A stretch of 64,000 nucleotides of DNA from Malacoraja senta (GCA_038087875.1 CM075994.1:1738001-1802000); one strand, 5' to 3'; shown: positions 48,809 through 62,085, numbered from the stretch's first letter. The notes: generated by a model from the letters alone, not told the origin. Program-made: numbers and translations.

Positions 48809-51504
48809 GAGAGTCAGCAGAGAGGGAGACAAGAGGTATGGAAGGATAAGGTATGAAAACTACAGATCAAAGCAGACGACGAAGCATAGAATGGATCAAT
48901 GTTAGCTGAGGGGAAGATGACAATTTGGCATACTATCAGTAAAATTAATTAGGACAGTGATACTAGTCGGAGAAATAGTTGGGGAGGGACAGAGAGAGAG
49001 AGGGAAAGCAAGGGTTACTTGAAATTAGAGAAATCAATATTCAATATCAATGGGGTGTAAGCTGCTCGAGCGAGATATGAGGTGCTGTTCCTCCAATTTG
49101 CGTTGTGACTCACTCTAATCCCGACCATGGCTGCTGTCTGTTTGGAGCTTAAAATTTTCACTGCCTGTCAAATTCACTCACTTCTGAACCTTAACCAAAC
49201 ACAGTATATGTAGGAAGGAACTGCAGATACTGGTTTACACTGAAGAACCCGCTGTATCAGGTGTACAGTACAGTAGCGGGTACATCATATCAGTGATTAC
49301 TATGTGTCTCACACACTGTATTCAATTGTACTGACTTTAGAACAGAGAACATGGAGCAGTACAGCACTGGAACAGGCTCCTCACCCCACACTGCCTGTGC
49401 CGAACATGATGCAAGGTTAAATTAATCTCCTCTGCCTGCCTGCAAGTGACCCATATCGCTCCATTCACTGCATTACCATGTGCCTATATAAAACCCTCTT
49501 AAACACCACAATTGTATATGCCTCCACCACCACCCCTAGCAGCGCTCACCTTAAAGCTATGCCCTCTAATATTTTACATTTCCACCCTGGGAAAAAGGTT
49601 CTTAAGTTCATAAGTTCTCGGAGCAGAATTAGGCCATTCGGCCCATCAAGTCTACTCCGCCATTGAATCCTGGCTGATCAACAGTATCTTTCCCTCCAAC
49701 CCTATTCTCCTGCCTTTGCCCCATAACCCCTGACACCCGTCTGTGGTAAATAATTCCATAGATTCACCACCCTCTGACTAAAGAAATTCCTCCTTATCTC
49801 CTTTCTAAAGGTATGTTCTTTTATTCTGAGGCTATGGCCTCTGGTCCCAGACTCTCCCACTAGTGGAAACATCCTCTCCACATTCATTCTATTCAAGCTT
49901 CTGACTTTTTACCCTATCTATGCCTCCCATAATTTTATAAATTTCATTCAGCTTCTTCCCTCAACCTCTGACCCTCCAAAGAAAACATTCCCAGTTTGCC
50001 CAACCTCTCCTTGTACTAATACACTCCAATCCAAGCAGCATTCTGGTAAATCTCCTCTGCACCCTCTCTAAAGTCTCCACATCCTTCCTGGACTGGGGCG
50101 ACCAGAACTGCACGCAATACTCCAAATACAGCTGAACCTATAAAGCTGCATCATGACTTCCTGACCCTTACAGCTATAAGAGTGTAAGAGTCAGGAAGGC
50201 AAGCATACCACATGTCTTCTTCACCATCCTATCTACTTGTGACTTTGATGGACCTCAATAATAACTGACTGATACAATTCAGCTGGTTTGAAGTCTTCAG
50301 TCATGTCCAACCGTAGCCGAAGTGTAGAAACAAGGAACTGCAGATGCTGGTTTACCAAGTAAAGACACAAAATGCTGGAGTAACTCAGAGGGTCAGGCAG
50401 CATCTCTGGAAAACATGGAGAAGTGACGTATCAGGTCGGGACCCTTCTTCAGACTATCTAGGGTACTGGAAACTATCCGATTCACCTTTACCCCATTGCG
50501 GACGCTGGACTTTGCCTGTAGAACTGATGCACTACAATGCTGAGAGCTATATTCTGCACAGTGTATCTTCCCCTTTGCTCTACCTATTGTACTTGAATTT
50601 GACTTGGTATTTTATCTGATTGGATAGCATGCAAAACAAAGCTTTTCACTGTACCTCAGAACACATGACAATAATAAACCTAGACCTAAGCCAAATTATA
50701 TATTATTTGTGCATAATCTATGCATGATATGTGCATAATTTACGCACGATGTATAATTTACTTTTTTGTGCACTTTTTTGTGCTTTTCACTGACAATAAT
50801 AAACCTAACCATCCATTAAACCTCTATCATTTACAATTTTGGGTGTTTTTTGTGCTTTTCACTGTACTTTGGTACAGGTGATAATAATAGACATAAACCT
50901 AATTATGTATAATTTATGCATGATCTATGTGTGATCTGTGCATAACATGCATGATTTATGTATAATTTAATTTTTTTGATTTTTATTTTGTGCTTTTCAA
51001 TGTTCGTTGGTACAGGTGACAATAATAAACCTAAACTTCCATTAAACACCTATAATTTATATTTTTCATACAGTCAAAAGTCATAGGAGCAGAATTAGTC
51101 CATTTGGCCCATCAAGTCTACTCCACCATTCAATCATGGCTGATCTATCTTTGCTCTTAACCCCATTCTCCTGCCTTCTCCCCATAACCCCAGACACCCG
51201 TACTAATCAATACTTTTGTGTGGTTTTGTCCTTTTCGTTGAACCTCGTTTCAGGTGACCAAATAGTCATAGTCATAGAGTCATAGAGTCATACAGCTGGG
51301 AAACAGGCCCTTCGGACCAACTTGCCCACACCGACCAACATGTCCCATCTACTCCAGTCCCTCTAATAAACCTAAACATGCATTAAATATCTTTAATTTA
51401 CATTTTGGTGTTTTCTTGTGCTTTTCATCTTGGTACAGGTGACAATAATAAACCCAAACCCGAAAGAATTGCCTGGCAGATTTCTTTCCACGCTGTGCGT
51501 TTAC

Positions 51505-51687
51505 CATTGGTCACTTTGTCAACGATGGTCTTTTTGAGCTGATCCAGAAGCTGATTTTCAATTGGCAGGTTGTGGCGGCTGGCGAGGCGAAGGGCGAGCA
51601 AGGTGTAAGGGTCCGGCTCTTGATCGAAATTCGTTGCGATCCGGAGCAACTGCTGCAGGAGGGGGTTGATTTCATGCTCGGTAATAG
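51505..51687 (-). CDS. Transcobalamin-like gene exon 2
   Basis: 183-nt AG/GT exon: SITEHEINPLLQQLLRIATNFDQEPDPYTLLALRLASRHNLPIENQLLDQLKKTIVDKVTN. DPYTLLALRLA corresponds to the family NPSI..(A/G)LRL motif. Confidence 0.88.
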
Positions 51688-51799
51688 CTAGCAAAACACA
51701 ACAAGGTTGATTAAACCCGGCTCTCTGGCGCTGTGAGGCACCAACTCCACCGCTGCATCACTGTGCCGCCATAGGTTTCAGGTGAAACCCTCATTAATC

Positions 51800-52985
51800 C
51801 TCGAAAGCCTTTGATAAGGTCCCACATAGGAGATTAGTGGGGAAAATTAGAGCACATGGTATTGGGGGTAGGGTACGGACATGGATAGAAAATTGGTTGG
51901 CAGACAGGAAACAAATAGTAGGGATTAACTGGTCCCTTTCAGAATGGCAGGCAGTGACTAGTGGGGTAGCGCAAGGTTTGGTGCCGGGACTGCAGCTTTT
52001 TACAATATACATTGATGATTTAGATGAGGGGATTGAGGGTAACTTTAGCAAATTTGCAGATGACACAAAGCTGGGTGGCAGTGTGAACTGTGAGGAGGAT
52101 GCTATGAGGATGCAGGGCTACTTGGACAGGTTGGGTGAGTGGGCAGATGCATGGCAGATGAAGTTTAATGTGGATAAATGTGACGTTATCCACTTTGATG
52201 GCAAAAACAGGAATGCAGATTATTATTATCTGAATGGTGTCATGTTAGGAAAAGGGGAAGTACAACGAGACCTGGGTGTCTTTGTACATCAGTCTCTGAA
52301 AGTAAGCATGCAGGTACAGCAGGCAGTGAAGAAAGCGAATGGCATCATGGCCTTCATAACAAGAGGAGTTGAGAATAGGAGCAAAGGTCCTTCTGCATTT
52401 GTACAGGGCCCTGGTGATACCACACCTGGAGTATTGTGTGCAGTTTTGGTCTCCAAATTTGAGGAAGGACATTCTTGCTATCGAGGGAGTGTAGCGTAGG
52501 TTCACGAGGTTAATTCCCGGGATGGCGGGACAGTCATATGTTGAAAGAATGGAGCGACTGGGCTTGTATACAGTGGAATTTAGAAGGATGAGAGGGGATC
52601 TTCTTGAAACATATAAGATTATTAAGGGATTGGACACGCTAGAGGCAGGAAATGTTCCCGATGTTGGGGGAGTCCAGAACCAGGGGCCACAGTTTAAGAA
52701 TAAGGGGTAGGCCATTTAGAACGGAGATGAGGAAAAACTTTTTCACCCAGAGAGTTGTGAATCTGTGGAATTCTCTGCCTCAGAAGGCAGTGGAGGCCAA
52801 TTCTCTGGATGCTCTCAAGAGAAAGTTAGATAGAGCTCTTAAATATAGCGGAGTCAAGGGATATGGGGAGAAGGCAGGAACGGGGTACTGATTGTGGATG
52901 ATCAACCATGATCACAATGAATGGCGGTGCTGGCTTGAAGGGCCAAATGGCCTACTCATGCACATATTGTCTATTATTGACTATT
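51800..52985 (+). mobile_element. CR1-type LINE RT fragment to 3' end
   Basis: 220-aa ORF with VTSGVAQG and FSKFADDTKLGG, downstream CR1 C-terminal ORFs, and a (CTATTG)-type tail. Confidence 0.9.
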
Positions 52986-54226
52986 GTTAATCATATTTGC
53001 TCTCCTTACCAGTTTAATGATACCCTTGCAATGGCAAGGTGACCAGTCACTGCTCGACACAAGGACTGCAACATGGTCTGTGTCTCCAGTGTGCAGACTC
53101 CTGCTGGTCTATGACAGCGATAAGTTCATAAGTTATGGAAGCACAATTAGGCCATTTGGCCCATCAGGTCTATCCAGCCATTCAATCATGGCTGATCTAT
53201 CTTTCCCTCTCAACCCCATTCTCCTGCCTTCTCCCCATAACCCCTGACACTCTTATTAATCAAGAATCTCCACCCTAAAAATACCCAAGCAAGAAATGTT
53301 CGGAGGAGCAGACTCTGTAACGACTTAGTGGGGAAGAAGGGGGATGGAGTGGAAGAGGGAGCCTACGGCTTGGAGTAAAGAGGCTTCAACCGCCACAGTG
53401 CCAGCTGCCCCAGTCCTTCCCGTGTGAAGGGCAATTGGCAATCTTAAAATAATAAGATGTGGTGGAAAAGGTAACAGGACATCTGTTTATCTGCAATGGG
53501 GTGAGATTGATCTGTTTCTTGCGGAGGTGCATGATTTATAAGTGTTATAAGACTATCCTGATGAAGCAGCACAGTGGCTTAGCGGTAGAGTTGCTGCTTT
53601 CGGTTCGACCTTGAGTACGGGTGCTGTCTGTATGAACTTTGGACATTCTCCCCATGGCCTGGATGGGTTTTCTCCAGGTGCTCCAGTTTCCTCCCACATT
53701 CCAATGATGCACAGGTTTGTAGGTTAATCGGCTTAGTATAAATGTAAATTGTCGCTAGTGTGTGTAGGATAATGTTAGTGTGCGGGATCACAGGTCGGCG
53801 CAGACTCGGAGATCCGCACTGTATCTCTAAACTAAATTAAACGAAGAAAAAAATGCGTGTGCCTGCAACAGTAAACAACACATCAAAGGGTGATCCTGCT
53901 CGAATGCTCCCAGCGATCGTTGTATTTGACGCACTTAATTAAAGTTTTGACCGAGCCTGCACTGACCAACGATCCCGCACACGAGCACTATTCTACACAA
54001 TAGGGACAATTTACAAACCGGAGCACCAGGAGAAAACCCACGCAGTCACAGGGTGAACGTACAAACTCCGTGCAGTTAGCACCCTTAGTCAGGATGGAAC
54101 CCGAGTCTCTGGCGCTCTAAGGCAGCAACTCTACCGCTGCGGGTGTGTTTTAAAGTTTTCTTTAACACTGGAATCCTGTAAGAGCAAGGGAGAGGACACA
54201 CATATAGATGAGCAGTCGTTACTTAC

Positions 54227-54293
54227 AGCACTCCTTGCAGGAGCATCGAGAGGCAATCAGCAGTAGGATGATGGCTACTTGGTAGATGGACAT
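54227..54293 (-). CDS. Transcobalamin-like gene exon 1 (signal peptide)
   Basis: MSIYQVAIILLLIASRCSCKEC with a phase-1 GTAAGT donor. Hydrophobic signal peptide ending in the conserved first Cys; joins exon 2 in frame. Confidence 0.82.
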
Positions 54294-57200
54294 TGCCCAA
54301 AGCAGCTTCTTGTTTCAGAACCTAAATGCTGGTGTACAAGAGAAGGGAGCTGAGTGAACCTTTAAGTTTTCAGTTACTCGTCTGGTTTGTGTACAGTTAA
54401 TCTGTGGCGTATGTTGCCATTCCAACACTCAATGGAGACACGAGATGCTGGACTTTCCAGCAAAGGACAGCAAGGTGGCGCAACGGTGGAGTTGCTGCCT
54501 CACAATGCCAGAGACCTGGGTTTGATCCCGACCTCGAGTGCTGTCTGTGTTTGGAGTTTGCATGTTCTCCCCGTGACCACGTGGGTTTTCTCCAGGTGCT
54601 CCAGTTTCCTCGCACAACCCAAAGATGTGCGTGTTCGTAGGTTAATTGGCCTCTGTAAATTGCCCCTAGTGTGTAGGGAGTGGATGAGAAAGTGGGATAA
54701 CGTAGAACTACTGTGGACGGGTGATTAAGGGTCAGCGTGGACTCGGTGGACCAAAGTGTCTGTTTCCATGCTGTATCTCTAGATTAAATTAAATTGAAAC
54801 AACGTGCTGGAGAAATTCAGCTGGTCAGGCAGCATCTGTGGATGAAAATGGGCAGATGACATTTTGGGTCAGGACCCTTCGTCACCCTCTTTTATGATGT
54901 ATAGCCCTTGATAGAACATAGAACATAGAACAGAACAGTACAGGCTGGCGCAGTGGTGGAGTTGCTGCTTTACAGTGCCAGAGACCCGGGTTCAATCCTG
55001 ACTACGGGTGCTGTCTGTACGGGGTTTGTACGTTCTCCCTGTGACCACATGGGTTTTCTCCGGTGCTCCAGTTTCCTCCCACACTCCAAAGACATACAGG
55101 TTTATAGGTTAATTGGTTTCAGTAAGTTGTAAAATTGTCCCATATGTGTGTAGGTTAGTGTACGGGGATGAATACTGGTCAGCAGGACTCAATGGGCTGA
55201 ACGGCCTGTTTCTGTAAAGTGTAAAATCTGAAGGAATAGCCCACAATGTCTGTGCCGAACATTATGCCAATTTCTGGGATAACATAGAACTAGATGAATG
55301 GGTGATCGATGGTCGGCGTGGACTTGGTGGGCTGAAGGACCTGTTTCTGCGCTGTATCACTAAACTAAATTGGCAGGTAGTTATCATCTTTCGTTCCTCT
55401 TTCCCCTGACTCTCAGTCTAAAGATGGGTCTCAACCCAAAATGTTACATATTCCTTTTTCTCCAGGGATGCTGCCTGTCCCGCTGAGTTACTCCAGCCTT
55501 TTGTGTCTGTTGTTGGCAGCTAGTTAGTTCACTATTATCCATTTACGTAAAGATCCAACAATAAGATCATCCCCGGAATATTTCTGCTGCCTTTTCACCG
55601 TTTGAACTTCTCGCGGTATCTCTCAACTGGAACTCACCAATCAGCCACACTCTCCCTCCGAGCAGTCCTCTCCCACTTCTCACTCTGAAGAAGGGTCCCA
55701 ACCCGAAACCTTGCCTGTCCAGTCCCTCCACAGATGCTGCCTGAGTTCCTCCGGTACTTTGTGTTCTGCTCCAGATTCCAGCGTCTGCAGTTCCTCGTGT
55801 CTCCCTTCTCACTTCTCCGACTCTCTGTGCAAAATAAAGCTTCAAGATACTGCCCAGTTTTATTTTAAGGTGTATTGAACCATTTAGTACAAACACCAAT
55901 AAAAGTTTAGAGGGTAGGGCCATGCAGATATACCACGTGTTTCCTCTCAAGTGTTGAAAACAGGTTTATGTATTTCACGTAACACAATAACATTACTACA
56001 TGGATCACAACCCAGGCAGGTATCAAATAATATCATGTGCTGATGCTAGCTGATTAAGAACAACATGTTTGTTCCGTAGGTACTCAGCATTATACCGAGA
56101 TAAAGTACTTTAACATAGCAACAGGTGATTGTTTAGCTTAAAGATAGACACAAAATGCTGGAGTAACTCAGCGAGACAGGCAGCATCTCTGGAGAACAGA
56201 AATGGGTGATGTTTTGGGTCGAGTCCCTTCTTCAGACTGTTTAGCTTAGTTTAGTTTAGGTTATTCAATGATACAATGATTCAATGATACTTTATTGTCA
56301 CATTTACCTAGGTACAGTGAAATCTTTGTTTTTGCATTCAATATGGTAAAATCATGCAGCAGTCCTCACCTCGACAGTACACAAATGTCACCATGTTTCT
56401 GGCACTGACAAAGTTAGAAAAGTTCACTGAACATTGCTATTTTTAGAGATGCAGCATGGAAACAGGTCCTTCAGCAGACCCAGTCCACACCAACCAGCAA
56501 TCGTCCCATTCGAATGCTCATGCATTTTGTTTTACAGTGGCCCCTTACCCTATTAACTGTTCTTGGCTTGTTTAGTTTTGATGAGTAGAGTTTTATCTCC
56601 ACTGGGGTGTAGATTGATTTGGATTTGATTTGATTGATTGATCAATTGATCGTTTGGTTGGTTCGTTGGTTGGTTGGTTGATTCAGCATGGAAACAGGCC
56701 CTTCAACCCACCGAGCGTGCCGACCATCGAACACCCTTTCACACTAGTTCTATGTTATCTCACCCTCGCATTCACCCCTACACACTTTGGGGCAATTTTT
56801 AAAGAGGGCCAATTAACCTACAACACGTCTTTGGGATGTGGGAGGAAATTGGAGCACCCGGAGGAAATCCACGCAGTCACAGGGAGAATGTGCAAACTCC
56901 ACACAGACAGCACCCGAGGTTAGGATCGAACCCAGGAATCTGCCACTGGGTGGCAGCGACTCTACCCACCGCACCAATGTGCTTGGCCAATTCCCACACA
57001 CACCCAAGATCCTTGCTGTGTTAGCCAAGTAAATATCATTCCGCTTCTGTTCACCTATGACCTGCCACGCTTGGTCCTGCCCCTCCACTCTTCTAGATTT
57101 TCTTTCCCCCCACCACTGCAATCAGCCTGAAGAAGGGTCCCAACCCAAAGTGTCACCTATCCATGTTCTCCAGAAATGCCGCCTGACCGGTTGAGTTACT

Positions 57201-59524
57201 CCGGAACCTGCCAGCGCAAGGCGGCATGGTGACAGAGCGGTAGAGTTGCTGCCTTACTGCCCCAGGGACCCGGGTTCGATCCTGACTACGGAAGCTCCCT
57301 GCATGGAGTTTGTACGTCCTCCCCGTGACCTGCGTGGGTTTTCTCTGGGTGCTCCAGTTACATCCCACATCCCAAAGATGTACAGATTTGTAGGTTAATT
57401 GGCTTCAGTAAAATTGTAAATTGTCCCTACAGTGTGTAAGATAGTGTTAGTGTACGGGGATCACTGGTCGGTGGGACTCGGTGGACTGAAGGGCCCGTTT
57501 CAGCGCTGTATCTCTAAACTAAACTAAACACTTTGTTTTTTTCCTTGTAAACCAGCATCTGCAGTTCCTTGTTTGTACATCAATCCACCTCATCCTTAAT
57601 GTACTAAGTGAAGCAACTCCCACAGATATATGTGTACAAAATCATGAGAGGATTAGATCGGGTAGTCCCTTGCCCAGAGTCGGGGAGTCGAGACCCAGAA
57701 GATTTAAGGTGAAGGGGGGAAGATTTAATAGGAACCTGGGGGGGTAACCTTTTCACACAAAGGGTGGTGGGTGTATGGAACAAGCTGTCAGCGGAGGTAG
57801 TTGAGGCAGGTACTATCACAACATTTAAGAAACATTTAGACAAATACATGGATAGGACAGGTTTGGTGGGAAATGGCCAAATGCAGGCTGGAGGGACTAG
57901 TGTAGATGGGACATGTTTAAGAAAGAACTGCAGATGCTGGAAAAATCGAAGGTAGACAAAAATGCTGGAGAAACTCAGCGGGTGAGGCAGCATCTATGCA
58001 GCGAAGGAATAGGTGACGTTTCGGGTCGAGACCCTTTTTCAGACTGGTGGGACATGTTGGTTGGGACATGGATGTTTATGTAGATGGGACATGTTGGTTG
58101 GTGTGGGCAAGTTAAGCCTGTTTCCACACTGTATGATTCTATGACTATATCTGACGAGACTCTATAGGTTTGACTGTCTTTTAAACAGAAACTATCCTTT
58201 CTAGCTTCACACATGAAACTATTCGATAGAGCTCTGAGATGATGCTGTAGAGAATAGAACATAAAACAGTCCAACACAGGAACAGGCCCTCCATCCCAAC
58301 ATGTCCGTGCTGAACATGATGCCAGTTAAACTAATCTCCTCTGCCTGCATGTGGCCCATATCCCTCCATGCCCTGCATATCCATGTGCCTATCTGAAAGC
58401 CAAGGATAGAAAACGCTTGTTGGAGTGGTATACAGACACCAAACAGCAGGCTGGGGATAGCATCAAGCAGGAAATTAGGATGCGTCAAGCAGAAAATTAG
58501 GGATGCGTTTCTCATGGGTGACTTCAATCTACATATAGATTGGGCCAACCAAATTGGTAACAGTGCTGAGGAGGAGGATTTCCTGGAATGTATATGGGAT
58601 GAAAACATGCCCGCTTCACCCAAGATGGCGCCGCACATGGCAGCCTCGCCAGCAGCTCGTATGTTTCTTTGGACTTTTTGTTGTTTTCAGCGTGTCTGAA
58701 TGTATGTCTCCCGGTGTGTCTTGTGTGAGGGGTGCTGGGGGGGAATAGGGGAAACCGTTCCCAGTCACTTACCTCGACGGAGATGCGACTTTTCCCCATG
58801 TCGCATTTTTGCCCAACAACTGGATTGGTGCGGCCTTTCCCACCGGAGACCGGCCCCGAGCCCAGAGCTTCAGCAGCGGGTGCAGAGTGGACTTTATCAT
58901 CGCGGAGCTGCAATCCCTTGCCAGGGGTCGCCAGTGTTGGAGCTCCGACTTCGGCGGGCCTGCTGACTTCACCATCGTGGAGATCGGTCTGTGGAGCTTC
59001 TAGCTGCGGGCGCTGTACGGACTTTAACATCGCGGAGCTGCCTGCGAACCTTTGCCGAGGAACGGCAGAAGAAGTGCTCTGACTGCGGGGCCTGTGGTCT
59101 TGGCATCATGAAGCCGCGGTCTCCGGTAAGAAGTGGCCGATTCGGGAATTCTACGCCGCGGAGTCTTCCGATCCGTCCCGATGTCGGAGTTTCGATAACT
59201 CCGGCAAGAGGGCCTGTACATCGGGCCGTCCGTAGCGGTGACTGCGGAGGGTTCATGGCCCTGACCAAGGGTGAACGGAGGAGGAAGACTGACTGAACCT
59301 TTGTGCCTTCCACCACAGCGGGAGGTGCTGGTTCCGCTGTGGTGGATGTTTATGTTTTATGTTGAATTCTGTTAGTATTGTGTTCTTTCTTTCTTGCTAG
59401 GAGAGGACTGCTCATCCGCCCAGCTTACTTATGAGTGAAACTGCATCGTGACGAAAGGCTAACCCAGCACCAGGACATCATGAAGCAGATGGCACCACTC
59501 AACCCCGAGTTGGAGTGAACGCCA

Positions 59525-59550
59525 TAGATAGATAGATAGATAGATAGATA
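59525..59550. repeat. (GATA)n microsatellite
   Basis: ATAGATAGATAG... run. Confidence 0.95.
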
Positions 59551-59593
59551 CGGAATGGTTTTTAAACCAATATGTAGAGGAACCGACTAGAGG

Positions 59594-62085
59594 CAGGGCT
59601 CGAAATTAGCGGTTGCCCGGGTGCCACTGACCACTCAAAGCGCCGCCGGGCAACCTAAACACCGAGTCATTTTGCCCGGCTTGGCAACCAGATACTGGTT
59701 TGTACCGAAAATAGACACAAAAAACTGGAGTAGCTCCGCGGGTCAGGCAGCATCTCTGGAGAAAAGGAACGTGACGTTTTGTGTCAGCGCCGGCTGTGCG
59801 GGGCAAAGATACTAGATGCGGGGTGAGGAAGGGTCGGAGCGAATGACGGGCCCCGAACAGCGGCAGCAGCTGCCGTGACAGCGGCTCCATCTCCTCTTCC
59901 TCCCGCCCCCCGCCCGCCCTGATAAGGCCCTCTGCTTGCAAACCCGCTAACGGCGATAACCGCTTTAGAAACAAACCCTCCCTCCCGCACGCCGAGGCCT
60001 CCCCTCCCTCCCTCCCTCCCTCCCCCTCCCTCCCTCCCTCAAGCCGAGGCCTCTCCCTCCCTCCCTCCCTCCCTCCCTCCCTCCCTCCCTCCCTCCCTCC
60101 CTCCCTCCCTCCCTCCCTCCCTCCCTCCCTCCCTCCCTCCCGCCGAGGCCTCCCCCTCCCTCCCTCCCTCCCGCACGCCGAAGGGGAGGCCTCGGCGGGA
60201 GGGAGGGGAGGGGGAGGCCTCGGCGTGTGGGAGGGAGGGTTAGTTTCGAAAGTGGTTATCGCCGTTAGCGGGTTTGCAAGCAGAGGCCCTTATCAGGGCG
60301 GGCGGAGTGTGGGAGGAGAAGGAGATGGAGCCGCTGTGCGTCGCTGGTCGTGGTCGCTGCTGCCACTGTGCGAAGCCCGTCATTCGCTCCAACTCGTCTG
60401 AAGCAGCTGCATCAAAGATCTTATAGCTATAGGATCTCTGAGCTGCACCGCCCGGCCCCGCACCTTGCTGTTGGCTGGCGGAGGAGGGAGGCGGTGGCGA
60501 GGAGTTCCCAACGGCCAAGGCAGTGGGGCCATGTTGTTCGAGGAGCGCTGACCTTCCTTCCTCCCCACCTCACCCCCCCTCTCCCTCTCTCGCTTGTACG
60601 CCCCCCCCCCCCTTATCCTGGGACCCCTCCACTCCATCCCGCACTGATCCCCATTCCCACGTCTATTCAGTCCTCACTGACATCCCCAGTGCTCCCCTCC
60701 CCATCTACACCCCCCATCTATTCATCCTGCGCTGATCACCCTATCCACCTTGCATTGATTCTCCTGCCACCACCCCCCCCCATCCATCCTACACTGGTTC
60801 CCCAATTCACCCTGTACTTACCCCTTTCCCATCCATCCTGCACTTCTCCTCCATCCATCCTGTACTGATCCCCCATCCATCCTGTACTAATCCATGCATT
60901 CATCCCGTACTGACCCACCTTCCATTTACCCTGCACCTACCCCACTTCCCCTCATTCATCCTGTAGTGATCCCCCATTCATCCTGCACAGACCCTCCGAT
61001 CCACACTGTACTGACCCCCCCCCCAATTATCCTGTGCTGATCTCCCCCCCCCATCCATCCTGTACTGATCCTCCCATTCAAGAAGAATGGGGGGAACAGT
61101 CTGAAGAAGGGTCTCGACCCGAAACGTTGCCTATTTCCTTCGCTCCATAGATGCTGCCTCACCCTCTGAGTTTCTCAAGCACTTTTGTCTACCCCCATCC
61201 ATCCCGTAATGAACCCCCCCCCATTCAACACCACTGACATCCCCCGTGCTCTCCCCTCACAATTTTACCTACTCCATCAACACGTACTAATTCACCTTCC
61301 TCAATCCATCCATTCTGCACCGACTGCCTTCTAACCCCCCACCCCACCCCCGCCATTTATCCACCCCGCACTGATTCACACACACCCGCCTCCCTGACCC
61401 TATTGTGCTGGAAATGTATTCAGAGCGAACATTTACTATGTTTGATAACGGAATGCAATCAAATGTGTTTTAATTCCCAAAGTTATTATTTGTTTTAATC
61501 CATAAAGATGGATTAATTAAATTGTGAACACGTGAAACATTAAAACCGCAGTGTTCGATTGTCACTGCTGCCGCTGACACGTTATTACAGAATTCATTTT
61601 AACGACAAATCAATGCTCTTAATATGGAGTATCAGTACTGTGGTTATTTAATGAACAACATTCACAACTATACGTACGCATATATGTTACCATGGTCCAG
61701 GATTTATTGACACAGGTTGATCATACGCTGAATAATCCAACCACATTTTTGTTTGGAAGTGGAAAGAACTAATCGAAATTGCATTAATTGCAATGTGTAA
61801 AAAGAGTTGAGATACTGTCTTATAATTTTGCTGCGTCATTGTGGGATATATCATGTCTTGATTGGTGAATATGTTTAGTTTGTGACTTTATTTAAAGCAG
61901 AAATAATATGTGAATGCTTCATTGAGTATAATTCCGACTGGTAACTACGCACTTCGTCCGAGCACATTATCGCACGCGTCATGCAAGCCATCTTAAATGA
62001 CCACCTAAACTGTCATTTGGCAACCTAAAAAGCTGCCAAGGTTGCCCGGCTGGCAACAGAGAAAAAAAGTTAAGCGAGAGCCCTG
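59594..62085. mobile_element. Non-autonomous hAT-like DNA transposon with 5-bp TSD inside a CR1
   Basis: Ends CAGGGCTC...GAGCCCTG; AGAGG duplicated at 59589-59593 and 62086-62090; TTGCCCGGC(T)TGGCAAC motifs near both ends; CR1 sequence resumes after it. Confidence 0.75.
60000..60170. repeat. (TCCC)n microsatellite
   Basis: Long CCCT tandem run. Confidence 0.95.

Noticed and set aside
53010..53108. AG/GT-bounded segment in intron 1 of the transcobalamin-like gene
   Set aside because: Each candidate acceptor gives a stop or the wrong phase; exons 1 and 2 join cleanly without it.
58524..59316. Overlapping 100-190-aa ORFs here and at 47003-47595
   Set aside because: GC-rich repeat sequence open in many frames, with no domain motifs.
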